The notes beneath the pieces were generated by a model. The model was given only the letters and a program-made list of their open reading frames with translations. It made no database searches and was not told where the DNA came from. From Thermoproteus sp. (GTDB taxonomy: Archaea > Thermoproteota > Thermoprotei > Thermoproteales > Thermoproteaceae): a stretch of 64,000 bases of DNA. Both the position numbers and the translations under genes were made by a program. Positions 1 to 9,073 of this stretch are shown in pieces. The DNA lies in NCBI GenBank assembly GCA_049976425.1, contig JBMFIG010000003.1, positions 31,188 through 95,187 of the forward strand, written 5' to 3'. Numbering within the stretch: the stretch's first letter is position 1; every line of letters starts with the position of its first letter.

Positions 1-8
1 TTTTTATA

Positions 9-431
9 TTAGATAATTTTATCAATATGATGACTCGGGTACTGCCTTAAAATGTAGCAAGAAGTACGGCCGGGACACTCGCCGCGGATAGCCCCCAGCC
101 CGCCCAGCGCCGCCTCGGAGCCTGCGAACAAGACGTAGATATCCCCCAGATCGCTGGGGCTCAAGCCGACGAGCAGGGAGAGCTCCTCGGCGTCGAGCGC
201 CTCGACGACGGTCGCCTGGAAGCCCAAAAGCTCCGGCGCGAACCTTAAGCCGAACCTTAACGCGTCGACGAGCCCGTCCAGCCCCGGCCTGCGCCTCACC
301 AAGACCCAGCTCCTCCTAACCGACAGCGACGGCGCCTCCAAGTATATGTAGAGCAGATTCTCGATGGGGGATACCGCCTTGTCCAGCCCGGCCGCGTCCG
401 TATATATCCTAAGCCCGGAGCCGCGCGACAT
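9..431 (-). CDS. hypothetical protein
   Basis: 140-aa ORF overlapping the 3' end of the MarC gene; host-like codon usage; no recognised motif. Confidence 0.6.
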   Translation of the reverse strand: MSRGSGLRIYTDAAGLDKAVSPIENLLYIYLEAPSLSVRRSWVLVRRRPGLDGLVDALRFGLRFAPELLGFQATVVEALDAEELSLLVGLSPSDLGDIYVLFAGSEAALGGLGAIRGECPGRTSCYILRQYPSHHIDKII

Positions 432-1002
432 ACTGCGACACGCCCGACAGCACGAGCTCGGTGCCCGTGGTCGCTATGATCAACGCCATGAACCGCCCCA
501 AGGCCCTCGCCGGTATCGGCCCGACGGCCTTAACGAGCCTGGCCCCAGCATAGAGCGTGGCGATGGACAACGCGGAGGCCGTCAGCGAGCCCAACAACGT
601 GATAGCCGGGCCGTAGATCGTCGAGTACAATATCAACGTGGTCATTGTGCCGGGCCCCACTATAAGCGGCGTGGCGAGCGGCACCACGGCCGCCTCCTCC
701 AGCTTGCCGCCTAACGTGGCGGTGCTCCCGTGCACCAGCGTGATAACCGACGTGGACAGGATAATTATGCCGCCGGCTATCTTGAACCCGACTATGTCTA
801 TGTTTAGAGCCGAGAGGAGCGGGCCCCCGACCAAGGAGAATATGGACGAGAGCACTATGACCGCGATCGCCATAGCCCTAACGGCCTTCCTGAACTCCTG
901 GGGGCGGTCCATGGCCATCTCGCCGACTATCCCCAGCTTGCCTATGGGGTTCTCTATGGCGTAGATCTGTCCCACCACCTCCACGAACTCGAGAGGGGTC
1001 AC
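409..1002 (-). CDS. MarC family integral membrane protein
   Basis: Six hydrophobic segments; NPIG near the N-terminus, 'FKIAGGIIIL' and 'AVVPLATPLIVGPGTMT' MarC signatures. Confidence 0.9.
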   Translation of the reverse strand: MTPLEFVEVVGQIYAIENPIGKLGIVGEMAMDRPQEFRKAVRAMAIAVIVLSSIFSLVGGPLLSALNIDIVGFKIAGGIIILSTSVITLVHGSTATLGGKLEEAAVVPLATPLIVGPGTMTTLILYSTIYGPAITLLGSLTASALSIATLYAGARLVKAVGPIPARALGRFMALIIATTGTELVLSGVSQYVARLRA

Positions 1003-1078
1003 GTCTAAAAATCCCGTTTAAAAATGTAAAAACGACGCGCCGCCGAGAACGCTTATATCCCGCGGCGGGCTACACTCC

Positions 1079-1432
1079 GTGGGCCTCGTCTACGTGGACA
1101 TAGTCGTGAAGCATGGGGACAGGAGAAGGGACGTAAGGGCTCTAGTCGATTCGGGAGCCACGTACACCGTGTTGAAGAGGGACGTGTGGGAGTATCTAGG
1201 GCTTAAGCCGATGGGCGAAATGGAGTTCGTCTTGGCCGACGGCACGACGATAAGGAGAGGCATCTCGGAAGCTCTAGTGGAGCTACCCGGCTACGGCGAG
1301 AGGCACACCCCCGTCGTCTTGGGCGAGAGCGAGGACGAGAACCTCCTCGGCGTCGTGACGCTGGAGATCTTCGGGCTGGTGCTCGACCCCTTTAGGAGAG
1401 AGCTTAGGCCTATAAGGGCCTTGATGAAGTAA
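1079..1432 (+). CDS. clan AA (retropepsin-like) aspartyl protease, AF_0612-like
   Basis: ALVDSGATYT catalytic motif, 'LADG', 'LLGVVTLE..GL.LDP' C-terminal motif. Confidence 0.85.
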   Translation: MGLVYVDIVVKHGDRRRDVRALVDSGATYTVLKRDVWEYLGLKPMGEMEFVLADGTTIRRGISEALVELPGYGERHTPVVLGESEDENLLGVVTLEIFGLVLDPFRRELRPIRALMK

Positions 1433-1440
1433 AAAAGGGA

Positions 1441-1992
1441 TTATTTCTTGGGCTTAACCGGAGGCGGGCCTAGGAACGCGCCGGCCGGCTTCCCCCACAT
1501 CTCGGCCAGGACTGGGGCAAAGGCGGCGTACCAGGCGGCCAACGCGGTCAGTATGCCCACATAGCCCCCGGCCACCGTGGCGCCTGCGGCTAGGAGGAAG
1601 AAGGTGATCCACAAGAGGAGGAACACGACGAACAGAGCCGCGTTGGCCCTAAACGTGCCTATCCACATGACGAAGGTAAATATGCCGAAGGCCCACAACA
1701 CTATGGGGACGTACGGCAGAGACTGCGGGAAGAAGGCCACCGTGAGGTAGAACCACTCCCAGAAGGCGCCGTATGTGAAGAAGGCTACGTAGCCGAATGT
1801 ATTGCCCTTGAAGTACTCCAAAATACCAGCGACGAGCTGCGCCAGGCCTCCGTAGAACGCGGCTAAGCCGAGCACTACAGGCACGCCCTGCCCGCTGAGG
1901 AGGCCTGCGTTGAAGCTACTCAACACAAGCGTCGTCAACGCGAAGCCCGAGAGGCCTAGAGGCGCCGGATTTGCCGTACTTCCGTTTGCCAT
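1441..1992 (-). CDS. satP: acetate uptake channel, GPR1/FUN34/YaaH (SatP) family
   Basis: NPAPLGL.GF, FYGGLAQ and YGAFW motifs; adjacent to acs. Confidence 0.9.
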   Translation of the reverse strand: MANGSTANPAPLGLSGFALTTLVLSSFNAGLLSGQGVPVVLGLAAFYGGLAQLVAGILEYFKGNTFGYVAFFTYGAFWEWFYLTVAFFPQSLPYVPIVLWAFGIFTFVMWIGTFRANAALFVVFLLLWITFFLLAAGATVAGGYVGILTALAAWYAAFAPVLAEMWGKPAGAFLGPPPVKPKK

Positions 1993-2085
1993 ATACTTAA
2001 GATATCTCGGATTTTAAAGTATTGATACTGAAGAAATCCCCTTTAATAAAGTAAAAATAAATATTCTTTACAAATATTTATTTTA

Positions 2086-4089
2086 TTATGATACTTCCTT
2101 TTTCAACTCCTCGTACGCCCTCTTCGCCTCCTCCACCGACGTCTCGTCCTCTAACGTGGTGACGTCGCCGAGGGGCGCCCCGGTCGCCACCGCCTTCAAT
2201 AGGCGCCTCATTATCTTGCCGGAGCGGGTCTTGGGGAGCTTCGTGACGAAGTATATCTGGGCCGGCTCGGCGATGGGGCCGACGGTGTTGCGTATGTGCT
2301 GGCGGAGCTCCTTCCTCAGCTCGTCGGTCCCGGCAACGCCTTGCTTCAACACGACGAACGCTATGGGTACCTCTCCCTTTATTGGGTCTGGTATGCCCAC
2401 CACCGCCGCCTCCGCCACCGTGGGGTGCGATATAAGCGCAGACTCCAGCTCGTAGGTGCCTAGGCGGTGTCCGGCGACTTTGATCACCTCGTCGGCTCTC
2501 CCCAACACCCAGATATAGCCGTCCTTATCCTTAATCGCGTAATCCCCAGCATAGAACATACCCGGGAACCTACTCCAGTAAGTCTTGATATAACGCTCGG
2601 GATCGCCCCAGATAGTCTGGAGCATGCCGGGCCACGGCCTCTTGAGCACCAGATAGCCCTTGACGCCCGGCGGCACGGGCTTACCGTTGTCGTCGACTAC
2701 GTCCGCCTCGAAGCCGGGGAGCGGCGGGCCGTTCGTGCCGGCCTTCATAGGCACCAGGTAGAGGCCCGGCGCGTGCGATATCACTATGCCCCCTGTCTCC
2801 GTCATCCACCACGTGGAGCCGAAGGCCACGTTCTGGTAGCCGAGGTTTGTATAGGCCCACCTCCACGCCTCGGGGTTTATGGGCTCGCCCACCGAGTGGA
2901 TAATTCTGAGAGTCGACAGGTCGTGTTTCCTGGGCCACTCCTCGCCGAACCTCATGAAGGTCCTTATAGCCGTCGGCGAGGTGTACAGCACGGTGACGCC
3001 GTACCTCTCGATTATCGACCACCAACGGTCGGGCTGCGGGAAGTCGGGGGCGCCCTCGTACATCACCTGCGTAGCGCCCATGAGCATGGGCCCGAGGACT
3101 ATATACGAGTGGCCGGTGACCCAGCCTATGTCGGCGGTGCACCAGTATATGTCGTCGTCCCTCAGGTCGAAGACCCACTTCATGGTGGCGTAGACGTGGA
3201 CGGCCCAGCCGCCCGTGTCGTGGACTATGCCCTTGGGCTTCCCGGTGGTGCCCGAGGTATACAGCATGTAGGCCGGGTGAGTGCTCTCTATCCTCTCGGG
3301 CTCGACGTAGGCGTTGTGCGGCACCCCGGCCATGGCGTTGTCCCAGAACCAGTCCCTGCCCTCCGTCATGGGCACGTCGTTGAGGCCGAGCCTCTTGTAG
3401 ACTATGACGTTCTCCACCGAGGGCGCCTTCTCCAGGGCCTTGTCCACGATATCCTTAAGCCTCACCACCTTCCCCCTCCTCCAGAAGCCGTCCGCCGTTA
3501 TCACGAGCCTGCTCTGCGAGTCGTTTATGCGGTCGGCCAACGCGTCGGCCGAGAAGCCCGAGAACACCACGTTGGTTATGGCGCCTATCCTCCACGCCGC
3601 GTGCATGGCTATGGGCAACTCGGGTATCATCGGCAGATACAGCGTTATGCGGTCGCCCTTCTTTATGCCGAAGTTGCTCCGCAACATGTACGCCACTCTG
3701 TTCACCTCTCTCCATAGGTCGTAGTAGGTGAATTTCCTCCTGTCTGTGGGGTATCCTGTCTGGTCTACCGGCTCTCCTTCCCATATCAACGCCAGCTTGT
3801 TCTTACGCCAAGTCTTGACATGCCTATCGATAGCCAGATAGGAAAGGTTCAGCTCACCCCCGACAAACCACCTATAAAACGGCGGATTAGAAGCATCAAG
3901 AACCTTCTCCCAAGGCCTAAACCACTCAAGCTCCCTAGCGACGGAAGCCCAGTAGCCCTCTAGGTCCTCGACGGTGCGTCTATGGAGCTCCCAGTAGGCC
4001 TTTATAGCCTCGGGGCCCGCTCTATATCGCTCATTGGAGACGTATGTATCGAAGGGGAGCTTCACTTCGAGATCCTGGCCGGCCGACAT
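2086..4089 (-). CDS. acs: AMP-forming acetyl-CoA synthetase
   Basis: YTSGTTGKPKG, TADIGWVTGHSY, WWMTETGG and LPKTRSGKIMRR (acetylatable Lys) motifs. Confidence 0.95.
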   Translation of the reverse strand: MSAGQDLEVKLPFDTYVSNERYRAGPEAIKAYWELHRRTVEDLEGYWASVARELEWFRPWEKVLDASNPPFYRWFVGGELNLSYLAIDRHVKTWRKNKLALIWEGEPVDQTGYPTDRRKFTYYDLWREVNRVAYMLRSNFGIKKGDRITLYLPMIPELPIAMHAAWRIGAITNVVFSGFSADALADRINDSQSRLVITADGFWRRGKVVRLKDIVDKALEKAPSVENVIVYKRLGLNDVPMTEGRDWFWDNAMAGVPHNAYVEPERIESTHPAYMLYTSGTTGKPKGIVHDTGGWAVHVYATMKWVFDLRDDDIYWCTADIGWVTGHSYIVLGPMLMGATQVMYEGAPDFPQPDRWWSIIERYGVTVLYTSPTAIRTFMRFGEEWPRKHDLSTLRIIHSVGEPINPEAWRWAYTNLGYQNVAFGSTWWMTETGGIVISHAPGLYLVPMKAGTNGPPLPGFEADVVDDNGKPVPPGVKGYLVLKRPWPGMLQTIWGDPERYIKTYWSRFPGMFYAGDYAIKDKDGYIWVLGRADEVIKVAGHRLGTYELESALISHPTVAEAAVVGIPDPIKGEVPIAFVVLKQGVAGTDELRKELRQHIRNTVGPIAEPAQIYFVTKLPKTRSGKIMRRLLKAVATGAPLGDVTTLEDETSVEEAKRAYEELKKEVS

Positions 4090-4330
4090 GCTTAAATATA
4101 CGAGGATTTTTATATATCTATTGGTATAGACTAATGTCGTGTATACGAGGCAGAATAAAAATATACTAACAAAATATCACAGAAAAAGCGATATATCAGC
4201 TATTAGCGGCCGGTTACGTTTTACCGTATAGCATATTTTACATAACAATATAATTTAATATATTTACGTAAGTAATAAATGTAATTATATAAATTATTAT
4301 ATAGTATATTGAGCAATATATTTATCCCTA
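4090..4330. promoter_or_regulatory. acs promoter plus long AT-rich tract
   Basis: TATATAAAAA about 25 nt upstream of the acs ATG on the - strand; 4230-4330 is almost entirely A/T in a GC-rich background. Confidence 0.6.
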
Positions 4331-4500
4331 TTCGTTGCCCGCCGCCGTCGCGGATACGCTCACGCCGGGTTTACCTGCTATTCTCTCGCCGGACGGCGTA
4401 TAGTTAGGTTCGCTAGTGTCTACGGCCTCGGCGACCCATGTAGCTGTCAGACGGCTCAAAATGCCGATATACGCTCCGCAGGACCTAGAGTAGTCGCCGG

Positions 4501-4668
4501 CTAAGAACTTTCAAGCTCCTCTTTTAGGGCCCTATACATAACCTCTATGTGTCTATCAGGCTTGGCGGAGCCCACGGCGCGTCCGATCTCCCCGAAGAGG
4601 CGCCGGGCCTCCTCGCGCCTTCCGCTGTCCAGCAACGCCTTGACCAACATGAGCTTCAGGGCGAGCAC
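4501..4668 (-). CDS. small helical hypothetical protein (55 aa; below ORF-track cutoff), possibly a gene fragment
   Basis: GTG..TAG, MLALKLMLVKALLDSGRREEARRLFGEIGRAVGSAKPDRHIEVMYRALKEELESS; GAGGAG directly before the start and TAAATTTAAG about 25-30 nt upstream. Confidence 0.5.
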   Translation of the reverse strand: MLALKLMLVKALLDSGRREEARRLFGEIGRAVGSAKPDRHIEVMYRALKEELESS

Positions 4669-4826
4669 CTCCTCGCCGCTAGCCCCCGGCTTCTTAAATT
4701 TATTCCGGCGACGCGGGCAAGCGGTCTATAGACGCCGCGGGTAGTATTTGACATCCCGCTGGCCGGTCAGGCCTACGCCCAGCCAATAAGGGGAAAAGGA
4801 TATAAGGCCGTCAATTAAGGAGGGAC

Positions 4827-4916
4827 GGGCCGGTAGTCTAGCGGAAGGACGCCCAGGGCCGAGCCCGCGTACGCCTCGCGCGCGGGAGATCCCGGGTTCG
4901 AATCCCGGCCGGTCCA
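4827..4916 (+). tRNA. tRNA-Ala(CGC) with 18-nt non-canonical intron at position 29/30 (intron 4855-4872)
   Basis: GGGCCGG/CCGGTCC acceptor stem with the G3:U70 Ala determinant; TTCGAAT T-loop; removing AGGGCCGAGCCCGCGTAC restores the CCCGC-CT-CGC-GC-GCGGG arm; perfect BHB; GAAAAGGATATAAG promoter upstream; CCA not encoded. Confidence 0.95.
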
Positions 4917-5035
4917 CTCATCTGGATAGGCGATAGCTGGCCTTTTGCCGAAACACCATATAGCCTCTTTAGCTCTATGTATGGCCTATCGATGCCCGTC
5001 GGCCAAAGGATTAATAGATGGGCTCCGGGAGTGCC

Positions 5036-5455
5036 GTGGAGCCTCTCGACTGCGAGGAGTACGACAGATGGATTAGGCAGGCGGAATACACGTACAGGTC
5101 GATAGAGGGAGACATGGGGCTTCAGGCATACGCTTGGGCTTGCTTCAAGGCGCAGCAAGCGGCGGAGTTCGCCGTCAAGGCGCTTCTGAGGGCTCTCGGC
5201 AAGCCCGCCTTCGGCCACAACCTGGTCGCGTTGTTCAACGAGCTCTCGGGCCTCTGCGGCGGCGTTGACGAGAGGCTCAAGTTCTGCGTTGGTTACTTGG
5301 ACAAGATGTACGTCACGCCGCGTTGCCCCGACGCCTTGGCCGAGGGCGTCCCGTACGAGCGGTATACCCGCGAGGAGGCTGTCGAGGCGGCCGAATGCGC
5401 CCGGGCCCTAATCGACTGGGTGAAGGGGTGTTCGCCGTGCCGATCGACGAGGTGA
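5036..5455 (+). CDS. HEPN domain protein (HEPN-MNT toxin-antitoxin partner)
   Basis: W...AE, 'YAWACFKAQQAAEFAVKALL', 'GHNLVAL'; GTG at 5036 lies about 25 nt after TTAATA. Confidence 0.9.
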   Translation: MEPLDCEEYDRWIRQAEYTYRSIEGDMGLQAYAWACFKAQQAAEFAVKALLRALGKPAFGHNLVALFNELSGLCGGVDERLKFCVGYLDKMYVTPRCPDALAEGVPYERYTREEAVEAAECARALIDWVKGCSPCRSTR

Positions 5456-5808
5456 TAAGGGCGAGGCTTCTGGAGAGGGAGGCCGTCGTGGACGAGCTGA
5501 GGCGGTACGCGGAGAGGCTCAAGGAGCGGCTGGGCAAGGTGACCGTCATCCTCTACGGCTCCTACGCGAGGGGCGACTTCAACCTCTGGAGCGACGTCGA
5601 CGCGGTGGTGATATCGGAGCGCTTCGCCGGCGTGGACTTCGTGGTGAGGTGCGTGGAGCTCTCCGACGCGCCGCCTAGGCTGGAGCCCATATGCTGGACC
5701 CCCGAGGAGGCTCTGAAGGCCCTTTCCAAGCCCTGGTGGCGCGAGGCCCTCCGCGGCGCCGTCGTCATCCTGGACGATTACGGGATGGCGCGGCTTCTGG
5801 AGGCGTAA
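5437..5808 (+). CDS. minimal nucleotidyltransferase (MNT)
   Basis: LYGSYARGD...SDVD motif; overlaps the HEPN stop. Confidence 0.9.
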   Translation: MPIDEVIRARLLEREAVVDELRRYAERLKERLGKVTVILYGSYARGDFNLWSDVDAVVISERFAGVDFVVRCVELSDAPPRLEPICWTPEEALKALSKPWWREALRGAVVILDDYGMARLLEA

Positions 5809-5837
5809 AGCTTTAAGCATCGGGCGCACCGCCCCAG

Positions 5838-6545
5838 GTGTCGATCGCGCTGTTCGCCGACCTGGACGGGACTTTGGTGCCTCCGGAGCTTATGAGGAGG
5901 GACCCCTCCCTCCCTCTAGAGCTGGAGTACGCCTTGAGGGAGCTGGCCCACAGAATCCCCTTCGCGGTCGTGACCACCAAGGAGTGCGGCCTCGCCGCGA
6001 GGGCCGTGCCCTTCGCGGCGGCCTACGCGTGCGTGAACGGCATAGAGGTCAGGGCGGGCGGCTACGTGGCGATAGCCGAGGGTCTCAAGTCGGCTGAGCT
6101 GGACCGCGTCCTCAGATCCGCCGGCACGCTGGACGCGTTGGTGGAGGCCAAGAGGACTTGGGACGGGAGGCTCGCCGGCGTCACGATAGACTGGAGGGAG
6201 CGCGGCGCCCCGCCCCGCGGGCTCGAGCAGGTCCTGAACACGGCCGCTTCCCTAGGCCTCAAGGTGGTGAGGTACTCGCGCCACCCCTTCGTCGACATAT
6301 ACGGCGCCGACGTGGATAAGGGACGTGCCGTGAGGCTCCTCAAGGCGCTCCTCGGCGTGGAGCACGTGGTCTACATGGGCGATAGCGAGAACGACCTGCC
6401 GGCCTGGGCGGAGGCCGACGTGAGGATTGTCGTGAGGCACGCCCTCAATAGGGATCTTCCGGTGGAGGGAGCTATACCGATCGCCTACGAAGAGCTCCCG
6501 AGGTACGTCAGACAGGTCTTGGCCAATCTCGAGTCGGCCAAGTAG
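5838..6545 (+). CDS. HAD-superfamily class II hydrolase (Cof/trehalose-phosphatase-like)
   Basis: DLDGTL motif I, DKG motif III, GDSEND motif IV. Confidence 0.85.
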   Translation: MSIALFADLDGTLVPPELMRRDPSLPLELEYALRELAHRIPFAVVTTKECGLAARAVPFAAAYACVNGIEVRAGGYVAIAEGLKSAELDRVLRSAGTLDALVEAKRTWDGRLAGVTIDWRERGAPPRGLEQVLNTAASLGLKVVRYSRHPFVDIYGADVDKGRAVRLLKALLGVEHVVYMGDSENDLPAWAEADVRIVVRHALNRDLPVEGAIPIAYEELPRYVRQVLANLESAK

Positions 6546-6629
6546 CCGCGTCTCTGCCGAGGCGCCCTCTCGGGAAATATTTAAATGACGTGGCCACGTG
6601 CCCCCGTGTCGAGGGGGGTCTCCCGAGGC

Positions 6630-6770
6630 GCGTCGATAGCTAACGAGCGAGGCCGTGGACTGGGGTATGTTGGCCGCCTCGGCCCTCGTGGTCGCCTTGC
6701 CGGTGATGGTGTTGAACTCATACTGGGCAAGTTGCTTGAGGGCTTCAACATCGGCGGGTTGAGGGGCTGA
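6630..6770 (+). pseudogene. C-terminal remnant of a MalG-type carbohydrate ABC permease
   Basis: With two frame switches reads SIANERG|VDWGMLAASALVVALPVMVL|LILGKLLEGFNIGGLRG*, matching the MalG-type last TM and G...GG.KG tail. Confidence 0.6.
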
Positions 6771-6771
6771 C

Positions 6772-8013
6772 GTGTTGGTCCATATCGGGATAGACGACAC
6801 CGACTCCCATAGAGGGGGTTGCACGACCTACGTGGGCTACAAGCTGGCGAAGGAGATCTTGAGGAAATACGGCGATATCTTGGCCGACTACCCCCGCCTC
6901 ATAAGGCTGAACCCCTACGTCCCCTTCAAGACCAGGGGCAACGCCGCGGTGGCTCTGGTCCTCGACGCGCCGGAGGGCGCCGAGGAGGATCTATGGGAGC
7001 TGGCCGTCAAGACCGTCTCGGAGAACGCGGACGTCACGGGCAAGACGAGCCCCGGCGTCGCCATGGCGGTGGGGCAGGTGCCGGAGAGGGCTAGGCGGGT
7101 CTACAGACTCGCTCTCTCCCAGATAGTGCCGAGGAGCGTGGTGGAGAGGGTTGTCGGCGTAAGGCTTTGGGGCGGCCGCGGGACGATCGGGGCAGTGGCC
7201 GCTGTGGGGGCCGAGTTGCCCAAGTCCACCTTCGAGCTCCTGGCGTATAGGGAGGGCGAGAGGCCCGCCATAGGGCCGGGCCTTGTCGAGGCCATGGAGC
7301 TCTTGACATACCCCTTCACGTTCCACAACCTCGACGGGAGGAGGGTCCTCATAGAGCCGAGGGGGCCCGACCCCGTCCTCTACGGCGTGCGCGGCCTTTC
7401 GCCGCCCCACCTTGTCTACGCGGCGCGTTTCCTTGAGGCCAACGGCGTGAGGCCGGCGGGCTGGGTGATATACCGCACGAACCAGGCCACGGACGCCCAC
7501 ATAGAGCTGGGCGTGTTGCCCGATAGGCCTCTCCCCTACTCCGTGTATAGGACCAGGGCTCTGGTGCTTTGGGCCAAGAGGCATAAACGCCACGTCTTCG
7601 CCGGGCTTTCCAACGGCCTCGTGGCGGTTGCCTATAGGCATCTTGGGAAGATCGCCGCGGCGTTGGAGAGATGCGTCGGGTGCTACGTGGAGCTGAGAGG
7701 CGGCGTCAAGCCGAGGGCCGGCGGCCTCTATCTATATATAGAGTCCATGGAGGTGATATATAGAGTCGTCAGACAGACGCCGAGATGCCCGTACTGCGGC
7801 GGCGCCTTGGAGAGCTTGGGCAGGGGGAAGGGCAGGCGGTGCGCCAAGTGCGGCACTGTGTTTAGGACGGCCGAGGTGCGCTATTTCCTATCCACGTCGG
7901 AGCGCGGGCTCTACGTCCCGAGGCCCGGCGAGTGGCGGCACCTCTTCAAGCCGCCCGGCCTGGATCCCACGCCGGTGGATTTAGTGGGCAAGGCCGAGGG
8001 CTGGATTAGATAG
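6772..8013 (+). CDS. tiaS: tRNA(Ile2) agmatinylcytidine synthetase
   Basis: HIGIDDTDS..GGCTTY, LIRLNP..PFKTRGN, PRGPDPVLYG.RG, TNQ.TD.H, C-terminal CPxCG...CxxC zinc ribbon. Confidence 0.92.
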   Translation: MLVHIGIDDTDSHRGGCTTYVGYKLAKEILRKYGDILADYPRLIRLNPYVPFKTRGNAAVALVLDAPEGAEEDLWELAVKTVSENADVTGKTSPGVAMAVGQVPERARRVYRLALSQIVPRSVVERVVGVRLWGGRGTIGAVAAVGAELPKSTFELLAYREGERPAIGPGLVEAMELLTYPFTFHNLDGRRVLIEPRGPDPVLYGVRGLSPPHLVYAARFLEANGVRPAGWVIYRTNQATDAHIELGVLPDRPLPYSVYRTRALVLWAKRHKRHVFAGLSNGLVAVAYRHLGKIAAALERCVGCYVELRGGVKPRAGGLYLYIESMEVIYRVVRQTPRCPYCGGALESLGRGKGRRCAKCGTVFRTAEVRYFLSTSERGLYVPRPGEWRHLFKPPGLDPTPVDLVGKAEGWIR

Positions 8014-8040
8014 TATATATAGGGCCCCGGAAGAATTCCC

Positions 8041-8856
8041 ATGGAGTTGCGTAAGGGGGTATCGCTACTTAAGGGATCTCCCAACACGTTGATAGTGGGC
8101 AGATACGTGATAGATCCCGGCAACCCCGCCGATAGGGCCGCCGAGATCCTCAAAGCCGCCGGCGGGAGGCCGACGGTCCTTCTAACCCACCACCACGCCG
8201 ACCATCTATCCGCGGTGCCGGACGGGGCCGAGGTGTACGCCCCATGGGGCGAGGAGATCCTCGTGTCCAACACCAGGGCCCGCCTCTTCTTCACCCACGG
8301 CTTTTACGTCCCCGACGCCCTATACGTCGGGCGCGACCTCGCGGTGGCCGGGCTGGTGAGGCCGGGCGATAGGGTCGAGAACATAGAGGTCGTCGATCTG
8401 AGGGGCCACACGTTCGGCCACGTCGGGTATCTCATCGAGGGGGTCCTGTACGCCGGCGACGCCATATTCGGCGACATGGTGCTCAAGAGGTACGGAGTGC
8501 CCTACCTCAACGACGTGGATCTCTTCCTGGCGTCTCTGGACAGGATAGAGTCTCTCGAGCCGGAGACTCTTGTGATGGGCCACGGGCCTGTGGCCGGTAG
8601 CAAGAAGAGGGTGAAAGAACTCGTGGAGGTCAACAGATCGGCCGTGGAGAGGTCGGTGAAGCTCGTGGAGTCCATGTTGCCGGGGGAGCCCACCGAGATC
8701 GCCGTGAGGGTGTTGAAGGAGCTAGACGCCGAGAGGAGCTGGGAGAACGTGTTGCTGACCTCTGTCATAGTCAGGGCGGTGCTCACGAAGCTGGCGGCCG
8801 AGGGCAAGGCGCATCCCGACGAGGAGGGGCGCTGGCGGATCGGTAATTTACGATAA
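8041..8856 (+). CDS. MBL-fold metallo-hydrolase
   Basis: THHHADH, GHTFGH, AGD and MGHG motifs. Confidence 0.85.
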   Translation: MELRKGVSLLKGSPNTLIVGRYVIDPGNPADRAAEILKAAGGRPTVLLTHHHADHLSAVPDGAEVYAPWGEEILVSNTRARLFFTHGFYVPDALYVGRDLAVAGLVRPGDRVENIEVVDLRGHTFGHVGYLIEGVLYAGDAIFGDMVLKRYGVPYLNDVDLFLASLDRIESLEPETLVMGHGPVAGSKKRVKELVEVNRSAVERSVKLVESMLPGEPTEIAVRVLKELDAERSWENVLLTSVIVRAVLTKLAAEGKAHPDEEGRWRIGNLR

Positions 8857-8917
8857 TTGACGATAAATCATTTCATCAGAAGACGAAAGAAATAAATAGT
8901 GGAGCAGTCCTACCCCT

Positions 8918-9073
8918 ATGCAGCCCAACCCGAAGATGGCGGACGAGCTGGCCAGACTGTCGAGCGAGCTCTACGAACACGGCTACATAGAGGCCGCGCG
9001 ACTGCTCGAGGAGGCCAGGAGGATCGTGCTGGAGCTCGAGCGCGAGGCCTTCCTAACGCCGGCGACCGACTAA
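8918..9073 (+). CDS. small hypothetical protein (51 aa; below ORF-track cutoff)
   Basis: MQPNPKMADELARLSSELYEHGYIEAARLLEEARRIVLELEREAFLTPATD; AAATAAATA about 25 nt upstream; host-like codons. Confidence 0.65.
   Translation: MQPNPKMADELARLSSELYEHGYIEAARLLEEARRIVLELEREAFLTPATD

Noticed and set aside
4917-6545. Integrated element at the tRNA-Ala 3' end
   Set aside because: No integrase and no duplicated tRNA 3' half (att site) seen in the window.
6585-6770. Stand-alone 61-aa protein or structured RNA before tiaS
   Set aside because: The listed ATG lies inside the TATA box; the sequence is better explained as a frameshifted permease remnant.
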